From assembly GCA_951406725.2 (NCBI GenBank), contig OX597830.1, positions 69,688,001 to 69,752,000 of the forward strand: a stretch of 64,000 nt of DNA. The letters are read 5' to 3'. Below are positions 14,871 to 30,216 of the stretch, one piece after another. The notes below the pieces were generated by a model that was not told the DNA's origin, ran no database searches, and was given only the letters and a program-made list of their open reading frames with translations. Source of the DNA: Octopus vulgaris. Its lineage: Eukaryota. The position numbers and the translations under genes were made by a program. How positions within the stretch are numbered: position 1 is the first letter of the stretch; each line of letters starts with the position of its first letter.

Positions 14871-16650
14871 TGTAAGTAGAGAGTGTTTGAAGTGATGTTC
14901 AGATATTGTATATTGTGTGTGTGTGTGTGTTTGTCCCCTACTACTGCTTAACAACCAGTTTTGGGGTGTTTACTTCCCTGTAACTTAGAGGTTTGGCAAA
15001 AGAGACAAACAGAATAAGTATCAGACTTAAAAAGAAAAAAAAAGGACTGGGACTAAAATTCCTCAAGGCGATGCCCCTGCATGGCCAAAGTCTAATAAAT
15101 GAAACAAGTGAAAATCAAAGAAAAATAAAATAAAAGAGAACATTCAATATATGTGTAAACATGAATGATGTTTGTTTCCTTCTCAAGCCACGCCTGGCTC
15201 ATAAGGGCCGGTTTCCTGGTTTCCTTGGCGTATAGGTTCCTCACCCGGACGGAACGCCAGTCTGTCGCAGGTGAGCTGCAAGATGCAGGAAGAAAGAGTG
15301 AGAGAAAGTTGTGGCGAAAGAGTCAGCAGAAGTTCACCATTACCTTCTGCCAGAGCTGCATGGAACTTAAGTGTTTCGCTCATAAACACACACATTGCCT
15401 GGTCTGAGATTCGAACCCATGATCCTTCGACCGCAAGTCCATTGCTCTAACCATTAGGTCATGTGCCTCCAGCATGAATGATGTGGTCCTCCAGATTCAG
15501 ATAGCCTCCATCCAGAGTCAATCAAGGAACTTCACAGATCCAGGAACCCCTAACAACCAAGGGCACATGCTTTTGCCTAACTGTTGCTCTTCAGTTTGCA
15601 GGTGCATGCTTAATGTAGATTCATCCACCCAAGCCATATTTTGACAAATTCCCTAGAAGAAAAGCACTTCCATTGAAGGCTTCACCAAAGAGACAGGTTT
15701 GAGCCCTCACTCTGTTCAGCTTCATCCATTGCACCATACCTACTAAACAGAGAAACACTGCCTGCCCACTTTTTTAAAGGTGAGTGTTGGGGTAATCCTC
15801 ACAATTGATAATCAAATTTGTCCTGCATATGGTAACAGCTGTGCATACAATATGATTTAATTGCTTTGCAAACATCCCTGACAGTCATGCCTGGAGGCTT
15901 TTCCATGCCTGTAGAGTTTATCTTGAAATGGACGTGCCTCTCAGTAGTACTGTCAGGAATTTCTGGGAGTTATCCATAGTATGTTTATAGCCCCAAAGTT
16001 CTCTATGTATCTTCTATTAGAGCCCTTGAACAACCAATCCCTTGAGAGTAAATTTGGTGGATGGGAACTGTGTGAAACCCCTTGTATATGTGTATGTATG
16101 CATGCATGTGTGTGTGTGTGTATGTGTGTATGTATGTATGTGTGTGTGTGTGTCATTGTGTTTGTCCCTCTCCTACTGCTCAACAACTAATGTTGGTTTG
16201 TTTACATCCCTTTAACTTTGCAGTTCAGCAAGAGACACCAACAGAATAAGTACCAAACTTTAAAAACAAGTACTGTGGTCAATTTGTCTGACTATAACTC
16301 TTCAGGGTGGTGCTCTAGCAATGCCAAAGTCCAATGACTGAAACATAATTTAAGATACTGTTTCATTTTCTAACCTCTATCTAGACGTTAGTTAGTTTTC
16401 CACAGTAAAAGAACAGACGGTTCATAATTTCTGTCATCATGTTTACAGCTTAATCAAATATCATTTTTTTCCTCTCAGATTGGTTGAGATCGACAGTTTT
16501 GGACTTTGAGGAACTTCAGGATATGTTTTTCGGTCTTTCGTTTATTTGTTTGTTTGTTTTATTTTAAAGTGAAGCAAACACCTGACTTCGTCTTTTGTTT
16601 ATTTCCGTAAACCTGCCTTCGTCTTTTGTCTATTTTCATAAAGCTTCCCG

Positions 16651-16728
<78 letters not shown>

Positions 16729-16788
16729 GTATATCTATATATATATGTTGGTGGTGGCTAATATCTAAATCTATCTATCTATCTATCC

Positions 16789-16822
<34 letters not shown>

Positions 16823-17498
16823 CACACAAACATACACACACATATGCATACATACAGATATTTATTCATACGTGCACACACACACACATACATACATACA
16901 TACATACACACACACACATTTATATAACCATAAACACTTCGCTGCTTTAAAAAAGACATACAAGGGATCGCGTCACACCAGTTCGATGAATAAAAATAAA
17001 TATGGAATACTTTACGAAAAACAAACAAAAAAAAAAGGAAAGAAAATAGGTTAATATATATATAATATTGATTTCTTTATTTGGCCCCAATTTTTAAGGG
17101 TTGCTATCGTTGATAAACTCGTGTTAAGGATATTTTATCGCCCCTGATGTAATGACCGGTTAAGTTGACCTCGGCAAGAATTAGAAAATTGGGTCGCGTT
17201 TTACTGAATTTAAATTTAGTGGAAAATATAATAGTTTCGGTTCTGTAAACCATTTTTGCCAAGAATACAGCTGTAAAGTTAATTTCGTCACATTTGCAAT
17301 TGGAAAGACGCAGTTGCAATCGGAAGGAGACATAGCAAGTAATAGGAATGACATAAAACGAATGAGGATGAGAGAGAGAGAGAGGGGGGGAAGAAGGAGA
17401 GACGGAGAGGGAGAGAGAGATAAAGAGAGAGGAGGAGATTGTAAGAAGCGAGAAGGAGGTAAATAGAGAGTAAAATGATAAAGAATAAAGGACAGAGA

Positions 17499-17529
<31 letters not shown>

Positions 17530-17859
17530 TAAGTGAGTGAGTGAGATATTTTTTTTAAGAAAGGGAGGCTGACAAAGAGTAAGAAAGGCAGTGAAATATT
17601 GTTAGAAAGGGTGTTAGGCAGATAGAGGGAGTGACAGAGAGTAAAAAAGAAAAGGATAGAGAACGGAGAATAGAGAGGGGGAGAAAGATTGTAATAAACG
17701 GGAGTGGGGGAAAGACAGAAGGTGTGACAGAGAGTAGATATAGATAAATGAGGGGAAAATAGGGAGAGATACTGTGAGACGGGGACGTAGAGAGAGGGGG
17801 CGTGACAAGGAGTGAAAAGATAAGGAAGACAAGAAGAGAAGGAAATATAATTAGAGATA

Positions 17860-18000
17860 AGGTGCGTGACGTAAGGGAGGTAACTCGTAAGAAGGCCAGG
17901 CTAGCTTTGTGTCTATTTCAATTGACAATTGTAGCGTGAGCCTGTTTATATCATTTCTTACTGACGCCACAAATATAAAACTTACTCCCCCATACACTTT
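17860..18000 (+). promoter_or_regulatory. Candidate GLRX proximal promoter with CRE/ATF-like sites
   Basis: TGACGTAA at 17867-17874 and TGACGC at about 17962, downstream of a GA-rich tract (about 17370-17840) and about 0.5 kb upstream of the ATG. The TSS cannot be determined from sequence. Confidence 0.4.
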
Positions 18001-18413
18001 CTGTTACCTAGAATGGAAAAATACTCGCTGCGCTGATTTTATCTGAGGCTATTCTGAACTTTAGTTTGTTTGTTCACAACATTAATCAACACAAACTTAA
18101 TTCCGAGACTTGAAGTAAATTTCAAACTGAGCTTTCACTATCGTTCTCTCTCCCGCCTTGATTTGTATTTTTTTCCCTTCTTCTTCTTCTTCTTCTTCTT
18201 CTTCTTCTTCTTCTCCGTCTACCCTACTCCATATCACCCCCCACTTCTTTCATTCGTTCTGTCTATCGCGGTTGAACGTTCGCCCTTCCTCTTCAAAAGT
18301 ATAAAATCTTTTTACGTCTTCAGGTATTGATTATATTTTTTGGATCAAGTTAATACATTTTTAAAGAGATTTTACTCAGACTTGGACACACGCACACACA
18401 TCCATAATATACA

Positions 18414-18635
18414 ATGGGCAATATCGAAGAATTGGTACTATCAAAAATCAACAACAAAAAGGTTGTGATATTTTCCAAATCGTTCTGTCCATTTTGTTCC
18501 AAAGCCAAACAGGCTTTCAGAGATCACATTGGTAGCATCATCACTCCAGATGATTATGAAGTGATGGAATTGGAAGATCATCCAGATGCAGAAAAAATCT
18601 TGGATTACTTGCTAGATTTCACTGGATCCAGAACG
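18414..18635 (+). CDS. GLRX: Glutaredoxin-1-like (class I dithiol glutaredoxin), coding exon 1 (aa 1-74)
   Basis: Translation MGNIEELVLSKINNKKVVIFSKSFCPFCSKAK...YLLDFTGSRT has the Grx KVVIFSK..CPFC active site (18486-18497). The ATG is in an A-rich context (ACAATGG). The exon ends ACG|GTAAGT, a consensus phase-0 donor at 18636. Confidence 0.93.
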
Positions 18636-18919
18636 GTAAGTTAACATGGTATCTTGTTACTTTTGTTATTTACTAGCTTTTTATCGCCAAATATCGTTTA
18701 GTAAGCCTTACCATTAGTTACGACACGAAGGAATTTTTTTTTTAAATTTTATTTTTATCTCTCTTTCCTGTGTCATAAATTTACATCATCATCACCACCA
18801 ACATCATTGTTGTCACCATCGCTACCGTCATCATAATCGTCGTCATCATCATTAATAACAACTACAACCTCTCGTCATCATCAAGTTGACATAATGTTGT
18901 ATATTTAGATTTGACGCGC

Positions 18920-18957
<38 letters not shown>

Positions 18958-19066
18958 CATCCCAGTCCAGTGTTAACAATGTATATCAATTTAGCTGGAC
19001 CAATTATTTTTCCTTTTCATTTTTGTATCATTACTATATTTCACTAAAAACGTTTATACATTGTAA

Positions 19067-19119
<53 letters not shown>

Positions 19120-21640
19120 GAGAGAGAGAGAGATGTAAATTTAATTTCCTCCGAAGTGCCGACTATAATTTTGTTTTTGTTGTTAGTATTACTGCTATTA
19201 ACTCTTTGCCTATAACAAAAAATCTACTTGATGCTGCACCTGCCCTGTTCCGGAGCAAACATATGTCAAACCACTTCAATCATATCTAATAAAATAATAT
19301 GTGTAATTTTCTCGTATGTCATGTAATTGTTTTAAAGTGAGTTGGAAATTTCCACTCACCCTCTGGAAGCTCTCCAAAGTGAGCAATTTTAAACCGAGGA
19401 ACAAACCTCCGCCTGTCTTAGAACGCAGTCTCCTCCTCACACTTGTCTTTCACTTTCTCCACACTCTTTCCTTTTTACGTTTTACTCTAGCGAAAGCATT
19501 ATCGTTGCATTCCTCCTTGTTTTACCGTTTTAATCGACGTATTTGAAAGTAGACACCGAAAATAAACATCTAATCAATAGTGATTAGAAGTGATTGTTTA
19601 GTTTAATTTAAAGAGATAATCGTATGTTTGTATCTTCTTTTGTTATGAAAAGGTTGGGCCGACCATAATTGACAGCTAAATACACACTACTACTTTTAAC
19701 AATGCGTGGCTAAGCAAATAATTATTTGCAGTAGACTTAATTGCTTTCTATTAATTTTTGAAGCATTTACTGCTATTTGTTCACTTTTATTGCTTTTTGC
19801 GGGAAGAAACAAATATATCAAGTACCTGTTCTTATTAAAAGTTTCAACGCCCCAACTGCTTGGATTATATTAGCACGTGTTTTAACTCCATAAGGTCTAG
19901 GTATCGCGCTAGTATTTCAGGGATCGTTATCATCTTTACCCTGGTAAAGATGATAGCAGTTTGTATCATCAGTTTTAAATTTTATATCGACGGTATTTGT
20001 AATAAATGTTGAAACATTCACGTTTATTTCCGTTTCTTTCTTTTTTTCTTGTAGATATCCGCTTACTAGCACCAGATAAATGACTGTTTCTAAAATAGCT
20101 TATAAAGTTTCTTTCCTATAAAGATTAAAGGCATTCTTCATGACTATCCTATGAGGTGTCTCACCCTTCGTACTACCTCGAATTTGCCCTTTACAGGCAC
20201 ACAGCTCCTATGTCTCAATCCGACAGGAATGTACGCTCCTTCAGTTTGCAAGCACATGCTATGTCATTTGATATCTCAATGATGTACTTAATATTTCTTG
20301 CTATTTGACCCGACATTTAGTAGTTTCTTTGAAAATAACTTATACACTTCATAAAACTAAAGGGAGAGGCGCAGGGTTTTAACTATGACGATATTGTATT
20401 AACTAAATCAATATTTTCCTATTTCGCTCCTTAGTCTAAATGTTGACTCCCATAAATTCACTATATCAGATGCACTGCCGAAAACATCCGTTTCTTATAC
20501 GAGCCAACGAAGAAGCCTCTATATAGTCGCTCGGTCGGTCGGCTAGAAATAGATGTAGCATTCTCTCGACTTACATCGAAACACTTGGCTTTTAAAACAA
20601 CGCAGTCCCAGATGTATGAAAAGGGGTTGGTTAAAACTGGTACACTTTTGATCATAAGATATCTTGATCGCGTTTGACCAAACAAGAACGATATAACTGT
20701 TGTTTGTATGTAGAGCAAATCATCTTGACCAGTAGAGCAGGTTGCCAGCGCCCGGGGCAAGGCATGTGTTACAGGAAAAGCGCGCTATTTTATTTTCTCT
20801 TTTTATAGTATATTACTCTTTTTATTTTATAATTTTGAACTGTTGCTCCAAGGACCAATGCCCACGAATCCCACGCTATACCTATTTCTTTATTACCCAC
20901 AAGGGGTTAAACATAGAGGGGACAAACAAGGACAGATATAGGTATTAAGTCGATTACATGTAACTGGTACAGCAATAATGGTGTGGCACTGCCTTAAAGG
21001 GTTTAGACGAACAAATCAATTTTAAGTCTGGTACTAAATCAATCGGCATCTTTTGCCGAACCACTAAGTTATGAAGACATAAACAAACCGACACTGGTTG
21101 TCTAGCGGTGGTGGAGTACAAACACAAAGACGCGCGCGCGATTGCACACAAACACACATGACAGGATTCCTCGCAGTTTCTGTTTATCAAATTCATTCAC
21201 AAGGCATTGATCATCCTGGGGTTACATCAGAAGACTCTTGACCAAGATAACTGTGTGGTGGGATTGAACCCGAGGTTACGTGGTTGTAAAGTGAGCTTCC
21301 TAACCTCACACTTATGTCCTATAAGTGCCAGTGCCACGTAAAAGCGCCTGTGCTAGCATCATGTATAAACACCCAGTACATTCTGTAAAGTGGTTGGCCT
21401 TTGGAAGGGCATCCAGTCGTAGCAACCATACCAGCGTCCCACAGCATGGCACCTTGGGCAAGTGTCTTCTCCTATTGCCTCAAGCCAATGACCAAAGCCT
21501 TGTGAGTAGGTTTAGTAGATGGAAACTGAAAGATGCCTCCCGTATATATATATATATATATATATCCTGAGCGCCTATTAATAATAATACTGTAATTGTT
21601 CCATTGTTGTTGTTTTTTTGTTTCCCGTTTGGATTAAAAT

Positions 21641-21691
<51 letters not shown>

Positions 21692-23254
21692 ATATAAATG
21701 TATATATCTATATGTATGTATGTATATATAAATGTATATATCTATATGTATGTATGTATATATAAATGTATATATCTATATGTGTATGTCTTTACATCCA
21801 TTTTTGACCCCCTCCACCTCTCGACAACTGATGTTGGTGTGTTTACATCCCCATAACTTAGCCGTTCGGCAAAAATGGACCAATAGAATAAGTACCAGGC
21901 TTCAAAAAAAAAAAAAAAAAATTCCTGTGGTTGATTTGTTTGACTAAAACCCTTCATAGCAGTGCCCCAGCATGGCCACAGTGAAATAACTGAAACAAAT
22001 TAAAGATTTTAGAAAATGATATATGCACACATGCATATTTATAAGATATGACTGTGATAAGGCCAAAATGCAAAGTGGAACTATAAAGTGAAAACAGAAC
22101 ATTGTTCTATTTCCATTTTTGTAGTTCATTTTGTATTGTTTTGGCCTGAGGTTCTTATCCAATTTAATATCACACAATGCTTCACCCTACCTAATTCTAT
22201 TCTAATATTTATACATTCATGTATGTGTGTGTGTGTTAGAGTTGACTTGAGTAGTGTCAAGTGTTTCCTACTCTAGCTCAGAGCCAACCCAAATCTTGTG
22301 AGTGAATTTGGTAGGCAAACTGAAAGAAGCTTGTTGTATATATATATATCCTCCTCCTTATCATCATCAGTTATATGTGTATTATATATATGCAATATAT
22401 GTATATATATGTGTGTGTGTGTACTGTATATGTATATATGAAAGGTGGCGAGCTGGCACAATCGTTAGCATGCGGGGCGAAATGCTTTGCGGTATTTCGT
22501 CTGCCGTTATGTTCTGAGTTCAAATTCCGCCGAGGTCGACTTTGGATTTCATCCTTTCGGGGTTGATTAAATAAGTACCAGTTATGCACTGGGGTCGATA
22601 TAATCGACTTAATCCGTTTGTCTGTCCTTGTTTGTCCTCTCTGTGTTTAGCCCCTTGTGGGTAGTAAAGAAATATATATATATATATATGTATATATATC
22701 AAAGGGTAAAGACCCCCTTCAGTCATGAATAATCATGGGATCCCACCTAGAAAGTTCCCCTCCGAGGTACAAGTCTGGGCAAGGTTGTTCATGGAAAACC
22801 AGCAGTCACCCATGCATACCATCTTCTGTCTCCATACCACCAATGTTATCCAAAGGAAAGACAAAGACCAATACAGCTTGGCGCCATTGACATCGCAGCT
22901 CATTTCTACGCACACACACAGCCTGATCCAGGAATTGAACTCACAACCTCATGATTGTGAGCCTGACACTCTAACCATTGAGCCATGTGCCGATATGCAT
23001 ACACACACACATATATATACATATTAGAGGGAAACCACTATGTGGATACCTTTATGCTAGAAATAGATCCTCTTATATATATATATACCAAGTAAGGGGT
23101 TGTGGATCCAACTCACTAAGGGATAATATTTATCCAATACTGTTGGTATAATATACCCAAATTATTAATACACAAGTGTTTTTAATTGCAATGCAATAAA
23201 CTTACTTATTGTATTAAATGGGTGAAGGTAAAGAAATATTTTACCATTAATTTA

Positions 23255-23555
23255 TATAACAAATAAGAAAATGGAGAAACACATTAGTTGGTATATCAGC
23301 TTAAGGATATTAGAATGTTGTCTTATTTAATTATCAAAACTACAACCATGATAACATACATATATACATATAAAATTCAATACATTAATGTTTTTTTAAT
23401 AACTACTTGTATTATTATCTTATATGTATTGAATTTTATACTGTGTATATGTATGTTATTATGGTTGTAGTTTTGATAATTAAATAAGTCAACATTCTAA
23501 TATCCTAAAGCTGATAAACCAACTAATGTGCTTCTCCATTTTCTTATTTCTTATA
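23255..23555. repeat. Long fold-back hairpin element (~130-bp arms) next to (TA)n; single-arm copy at about 42067-42200
   Basis: 23255-23385 is the reverse complement of 23424-23555 with few mismatches. Confidence 0.75.
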
Positions 23556-23559
23556 TTAT

Positions 23560-23945
<386 letters not shown>

Positions 23946-26900
23946 AAGGCTTAACCTGTTGTAGTTATATAGCACTTTAATGGCAATATACCACTTTAAT
24001 AGCAGAACTGGTGGTCAGGAGGTATAAACCGAAAGATAAAAATTGGCCAAGCTAACCGTTAAATGTCAAAGGATGGGAGAAACACAGCAAAAGTAACTGG
24101 TAATAAATTACAGGTGAAAAATAACCTCCTCTTCCTCCTCCTTCTCCTTCTCCTCGCCAGATGAAAAGTCCTGTTACTTATTTTGCAGGTAGTAGAAATG
24201 GTATGGTAAGCAACAGCAGCAGCAGCAGCAGCAACATCCCTGAGTAGTTGTAAAGTCAGTTTGACATTAGGAAAGATATTTAGATGAGAGCCAACATAAG
24301 TTTACTTCACAGTTCATTGATAATTATTTAATACCAGCAGTGCCAGTAGCAGCAGCAAGTGGAGGTGCAATGGCCCAATGGTCAGGGCAGCGGACTCGCG
24401 GTCAGAGGATCGCGGTTTCGATTCCCAGACCGGGCATTGCGTGTGTTTATTGAGCGAAAACACCTAAAGCTCCACGAGGCTCCGGCAGGGGCGAGTGGCG
24501 ACCCCTGTTGTACTCTTTCGCTCCAACTTTCTCTCACTCTTTCTTCCTGTTTCTTGTGCCCGACTTCCTACCCAACCGCTGAGCCTGGATGCGCATTCGT
24601 CCATCCGTCGATGCTCTCGGTGTCGGGGGTTGACCTGCTTTCTCTTCTGCGGGTCTTACGAATAGCAAAGGACCACGTTTCGGACTCCTCCCACTGGACG
24701 AAGACCGCTACACTCAACAGCAACAGCAACAGCAGCAGCATCACCACCACCAGCACTACCACCATCATCATCATTACCATCATCATCATCACTAGTTTGA
24801 TGTCCATTATCCCGTCCATGGGTTCAGATGGAATTCATTGAGGCAGATTTTCTATGGCTAGATGCCCTTCCTGTCATTCGACCCTCACTTGCTTCCAAAC
24901 AGAGTAATATTTTTCCCATGACCTGGCAGGTTTTCACAGAAGATTGTGTGGGAATGAGACCATTTACAACTGTCACTACACTCTCGGAGTGGTTGGCGTT
25001 AGGAAGGGCATCCAGCTGTAGAAACTCTACCAAATCAAGATCGGAGCCTGGTGCAGCCATCTGGTTCGCCAGCCCTCAGTCAAAATTGTCCAACCCTTGC
25101 TAGCATGGAAAGCGGATGTTAAATGATGATGATGATGTGAGGTCACAACAAGGAAACACAAACACACACACACAGACATGCTTCTTTCAGCATCCCCTTC
25201 CAAGTTCACTCACTCTAGCTTAGGGCCAACATGCCATGTAGTAGGACTGAACTCAAAGCCATGTGATTGGAAGGCAAACTTCTTAACCACACAGTTGTGC
25301 CTGCTGCAGACAAAACATGAACGCTTTGCTATTTTCAGACAAGGTAGCTAAAAAAATATATATGACTCCTACTTAATAGTCCTCTGGATGCTAACATATT
25401 TATCATTCCTTCTATATGATTCACTCATTGGTTGCATAACAAACAATTCTTGCTAGTATTCAGAACATACCGTCCAGTGCTGTCACCATTACTGACTTAG
25501 GTTGACCACTTGACTGAAACCTTCTGACTTCATATCCTACCACTCTATTACATCATGGGTAATTTAATAAGCATTTCTGGGCCACTTAGTTGGCAGCAAA
25601 GCCAACAAGAGACCTACTAGGTAATTTAATCAATTAGCTGAAAAACAAACTTCTCGTTAACAAATTCTTTGCCATTTTTACAATTGGCACTCATCATCAT
25701 CACTATCATCATTTAATGTCCACTTTTCCATGCTTGCACGGGTCAGACGGAATTTGATGAGACATATTTTCTACGGCCGGATGTCCTTTATGTTTCCAGC
25801 CCTCACCTGTTTGCAAGCAAGGTGATGTTTCTTCATGGCCAGACATGTTGTTTCGTTAAAGATTGGAAACAAACAACGTTACTTGTTTATAAATTTGATT
25901 CCAAAACAAAGGATACACCCAAAAATGCTTGCACCGTACACATGTACATGCATGTGCTCACACATTCATACATATATTTTTTTTTTTTTACTTGTTTCAG
26001 TCATTTGACTGCGGCCATGCTGGAGCACCGCCTTTAGTCAAGCAAATCGACCCCGGGACTTATTCTTTGTAAGCCCAGTACTTATTCTATCGGTCTCTTT
26101 TGCCGAACCGCTAAGTGACGGCGACGTAAACACACCAGCATCGGTTGTCAACCAATGCTAGGGGGATAAACACAGACACACAAACACACACACACACACA
26201 CATATATATACATATATACGACAGGCTTCTTTCAGTTTCCGTCTACCAAATCCACTCACAAGGCATTAATCGGCCCGGGGCTATAGCAGAAGACACTTGC
26301 CCAAGATGCCATGCAGTGAGACTGAACCCGGAACCATGTGGATGGTTAGCAAGCTACTTACCACACAGCCACTCCTGCGCCTATGATGAACTTATTTCAG
26401 ATTCCACTCCAAAATCCACTCACAAGACTTTGGTCAGCCTGGTGCTATAATAGAAGACACTTGTCCAAGGTGCCATGCATTGGAACTGAACCTTAGACCA
26501 CATAGTTTCGAAGCAAGTTCCTTAACCACAGATCTATGCCTGCACCTAGCCACACTATTATGTTCTTTAAAGACTTTTGATGACCTTAATCTTTTTTTAA
26601 CTTTATGACCCAGATGAAAAGGTGAATTGGCAGAGTCAGTAAGGTATACCACTGCATTGTGGTAGTTGTTCCAACCCCCTGCTTTTTAAGTTCAAGCCCT
26701 ACCAAGGTTTACTTTGCCTTTCATCAGTTCAAGGTCACTAAAATGCATAGCAATCTAGAGGGAGATAGGTGGAACTGTTAGAGTATCAGATGGGAAGCCT
26801 TGTGGTGTTTGCTTTGGTCCTTTCTGTTCTGACAGCAATGCCTGTAATGACACCAATACCAAGTTATGTTGGTCCTAAACCGAACACACAACTCCACATG

Positions 26901-27261
26901 CACTACCCCCCACACCTATATGTGCATATGTATGTATGTGAATGATGAGCTCTTTTCAATTTCTGTCGACCGAATCTACACACAAAACTTTGATCAACCT
27001 AGGGCTATAGCAGAAGACACATGCTTGAGGTGTTGCATAGTGGGATTGAACCCAAAACCACAAGGTTTGGAAGCAAAAGGCACCTATACAGGTGCACTTT
27101 GGTTTACACAAATATAATCTTTGTGGCTTAGGACAGGTTCCACATTTGAGATAACATATCCTTGACTAGATATGCAGAGCATATACTCTTGTTTAATTAG
27201 TTACCTTTTTGTCTGATATACATTCAAGCAGAACTTATTATTATTGTAGTTATTATTATTA

Positions 27262-27510
27262 TTACTTCTGGTTTAGTGAAGGCAGAGGTATTGTTTTCAG
27301 TTGTGTTTGTTTGTTTGTCCATAGACAAGATATCTCAAGAACTGCTGGATGGATTTGGATGAAACTTTCAGGAATGTTTGGCCTCATGACTAGCATGAAC
27401 TGATTAGATTTTGGGTTCGATCTGGTACTGGACAAAGATTCTGGATTATTTTTCCTGTTTTTTTACTTAATTTTTGAGAGCAGTAAGGTTCATTTTTAGT
27501 ATTCTCGTTT
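27262..27510 (+). mobile_element. Helentron/DINE-1-like non-autonomous fragment
   Basis: Short hairpin then GAGGTATTGTTTTCAG, a (GTTT)n microsatellite, and ATATCTCAAGAACTGCTGGATGGATTTGGATGAAACTTT, the layout recalled for Helentron-associated elements. Confidence 0.45.
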
Positions 27511-28001
27511 GCCTGGCATGCTAACAATTCTGCCAGCTCACTGCCTTAATAATAATAATGATAATCTTATTGGCCCATTGTAAGCATTGCTCAGGTACAT
27601 TATGACTCGTTGGAAAAGGGTGAAAGAGGACGCGGAAAGCAGCATTAAGTCAAGTAAAGAATATCAACAGTGAAAGCCAAAAGTCATGCTCAGTACACAG
27701 AATAAAAAAAGAGCAAAGATAGAATAAAGGGAAGAGTAAAAGATCCATAAAAATAAGGTGTGTAGGCATGACAGGGATAGTGTTGAAGCTGGTAAATAAT
27801 AAACTAGAAGCAATGTGAATGCTTTCATTGAAAAGAAACACTAGACTTGATGTTGAGAAAGGTTAGTAATGATTTGTATCAACATAAGAATGGAAACAAA
27901 AGCAAAAAGGTCAAAAGAGATGTATGTTGATGAGCTGTGATGAGATGAAACAGAGGTCAGCATTTCAGGTAATGTCCTTCATCAGTGAAGGGTGTCACAC
28001 T

Positions 28002-28136
28002 AGCATTGGTGCTGGTGCCGCATAAAAAGCATTGGTGCTGGTGCCACTTAAAAAAGCACTAGTACTGGTGCCATGTAAAAAGCACTAGTACTGGTGCCAC
28101 ATAAAAAGCACTGGTGCTGATGTCACGTAAAAAGCA
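28002..28136. repeat. ~26-bp tandem repeat (AGCA.TGGTGCTGGTGCCAC.TAAAA) x5 at the start of a retroposon
   Basis: Five adjacent units; the same motif occurs inside the (GAT)n-tailed retroposon family. Confidence 0.75.
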
Positions 28137-30216
28137 GCATTCGAGCGTGATTGTTACCAGCGTCGCCTGACTAGGACTTGTGCCAGTGGCACGTGAGAAA
28201 ATATTCGAGCAAGGTTGTTGCCAGTGCTGCTGGACTGGCTCCTGTGCAGGTGGCATGTAAAAAACACCATTTGAGTGTGGCTGTTGCCAGTACCGCCTGA
28301 CTGGCCCTCGTGCCAGTGGCATGTAAAAGCACCCACTACAAACTGAAAAAGAATGACAATGGGTTAGTACTAGACTAACAGGAACACAAGTTGTTTGAAT
28401 TTTGTAATGTTTCCATAAGTCCTGCTTAAACAGATCTATGGTACACAGATAACTGGCCAAATATCTGGATGTAAACCACAGGTCAAACACTCAAGATATT
28501 AAGTACTTTTATCTTGTGGATACATGCTTGGGATGTTGGGGACATGGAGTTTTCAAATTTTCCATTCTTTGACCAATATTCTAGTCACAATGACTTAATC
28601 TTCTTTTGTGTTCAAGAATTGATATTTGCTCCTGTTTTTCAGATTGTAAGGATCAGTTGACAGAGATCTTTTTGCCTGTGGGTCAAGGCTACTCTTTTTG
28701 TCTGATGCAGTTTTGGACAGTTATAGTGCTCGGCTGAATTTTAGAGTAGAATGGTAGCCAGATGTTAGAGACAGAAATGAACATATTCTCACTCCTACCT
28801 TCTTTTAGGGATGGTGGAGATTATTCTTACTATCTTACAAATGCATTTTCACTCATTTACTACTGTATTTCTGTTGGAATACACTGCCTTTGTTTTAATT
28901 GATTTTCAAAATAATGAAGAATTTATTGAAGTAATTTCATCTTTATTAATCTCATCTTTGGAACATAAATTGGTATGAAATTTTAAAAGAAAGGTTTTGA
29001 TGAAATTTTGATGAAACTGATCAGTTAAACTTAAATCACTTTAAAATAGGTAGATTGTAAATTAAATCTCTTTAAAACAGAAAGTTTGTATCATAAAAAC
29101 CGCAGGTGGTCTCAGGTGCGTTGGTATGAAACAATGATCTTACTACATGATATATAAAAATAACAATAAATCAACTAATATACTAATATTGTGGTGCATC
29201 ACATGACAGCCAAGATAGTAATGTGTACAGTGTTGCTATAACAACACCATGCTGATGATACAACAATATGTTGAATTAAAAAAAAAACCTTCATTATAAC
29301 ATGTGACAATCACATTGCAATAATGAGCTAGTGAGCTAATAATGACCATCTCTACATGGTCATTTGACCTGCTAAAAATAACAGCCAAATATCCTCCAAA
29401 ACACACCCTATTGTCTTAAAAACGAAGTGTTCATTAGATAACGTAGTATTGGATATTACACTTGTCCCAAAAATACAAGATGGGATGGTCCTGAATGGAA
29501 TACTTTTAATTAAAGGTCTTCTTGGTTAGAGTTGACCTTGAGCTAACATCAACAATGAGCCAATGAAGGAGCCTCTACATAGTTTTTCAACCTGCGAGAA
29601 ATAGCAGCCAACCAAATGCCCTCAAATCACAACCTGCCGTTTTAGAAAAGGATTGTTTGCATAATGTCAGCTTGGTGTCCTGGACATGTCTTTTATCATA
29701 AGTTTGTTTAAGTGCTGACCTGGGGCTAAACAATAACAGCACTAGAAACAAAGCTACAACCCCTTAACACAGGATACCCCAAATCCCAGATTATATTTCT
29801 ATAAAAGCTAGGATAAGGCAAATGACAATGAAGACCTAATGACATACATAAAATAATTCATCTTGTAAATAGATACCAAAATCAGTATTTAAACTTATTA
29901 ATAAATATAATTATAACATCATCAACCTTCATAACCAAACCACAAACCCAACTACAGCATTCTAGTATATTTCCAAACACTATGATAGGGAGAGTCTTTA
30001 ATGACCACAACACATCTGAGTTCAAAAGCAATACAGATAACTCTAGAGAGCAGTGCTCTGCAACCGGTATATTGTGGCAAACTGGTATGCCACAAGATGA
30101 CGCTAGGTGTGCCGCCGAATTTTGAAAAGAATATAAGTGTACCATGAATGAAAAAAGATTGCCAAGCATTGCTCTAGTGGCAACATAATAACATAACTTC
30201 TAAACTTTATTTATAT

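Noticed and set aside
18115-18323. Possible 5' UTR intron (GTAAAT...CTTCAG) spanning the (TTC)n tract
   Set aside because: Weak donor and no way to place the TSS from sequence alone.
24359-24440. tRNA-like sequences here and at 34126, 35522 and 57170-57246
   Set aside because: SINE heads with Pol III boxes but no convincing full cloverleaf, continuing into SINE bodies.
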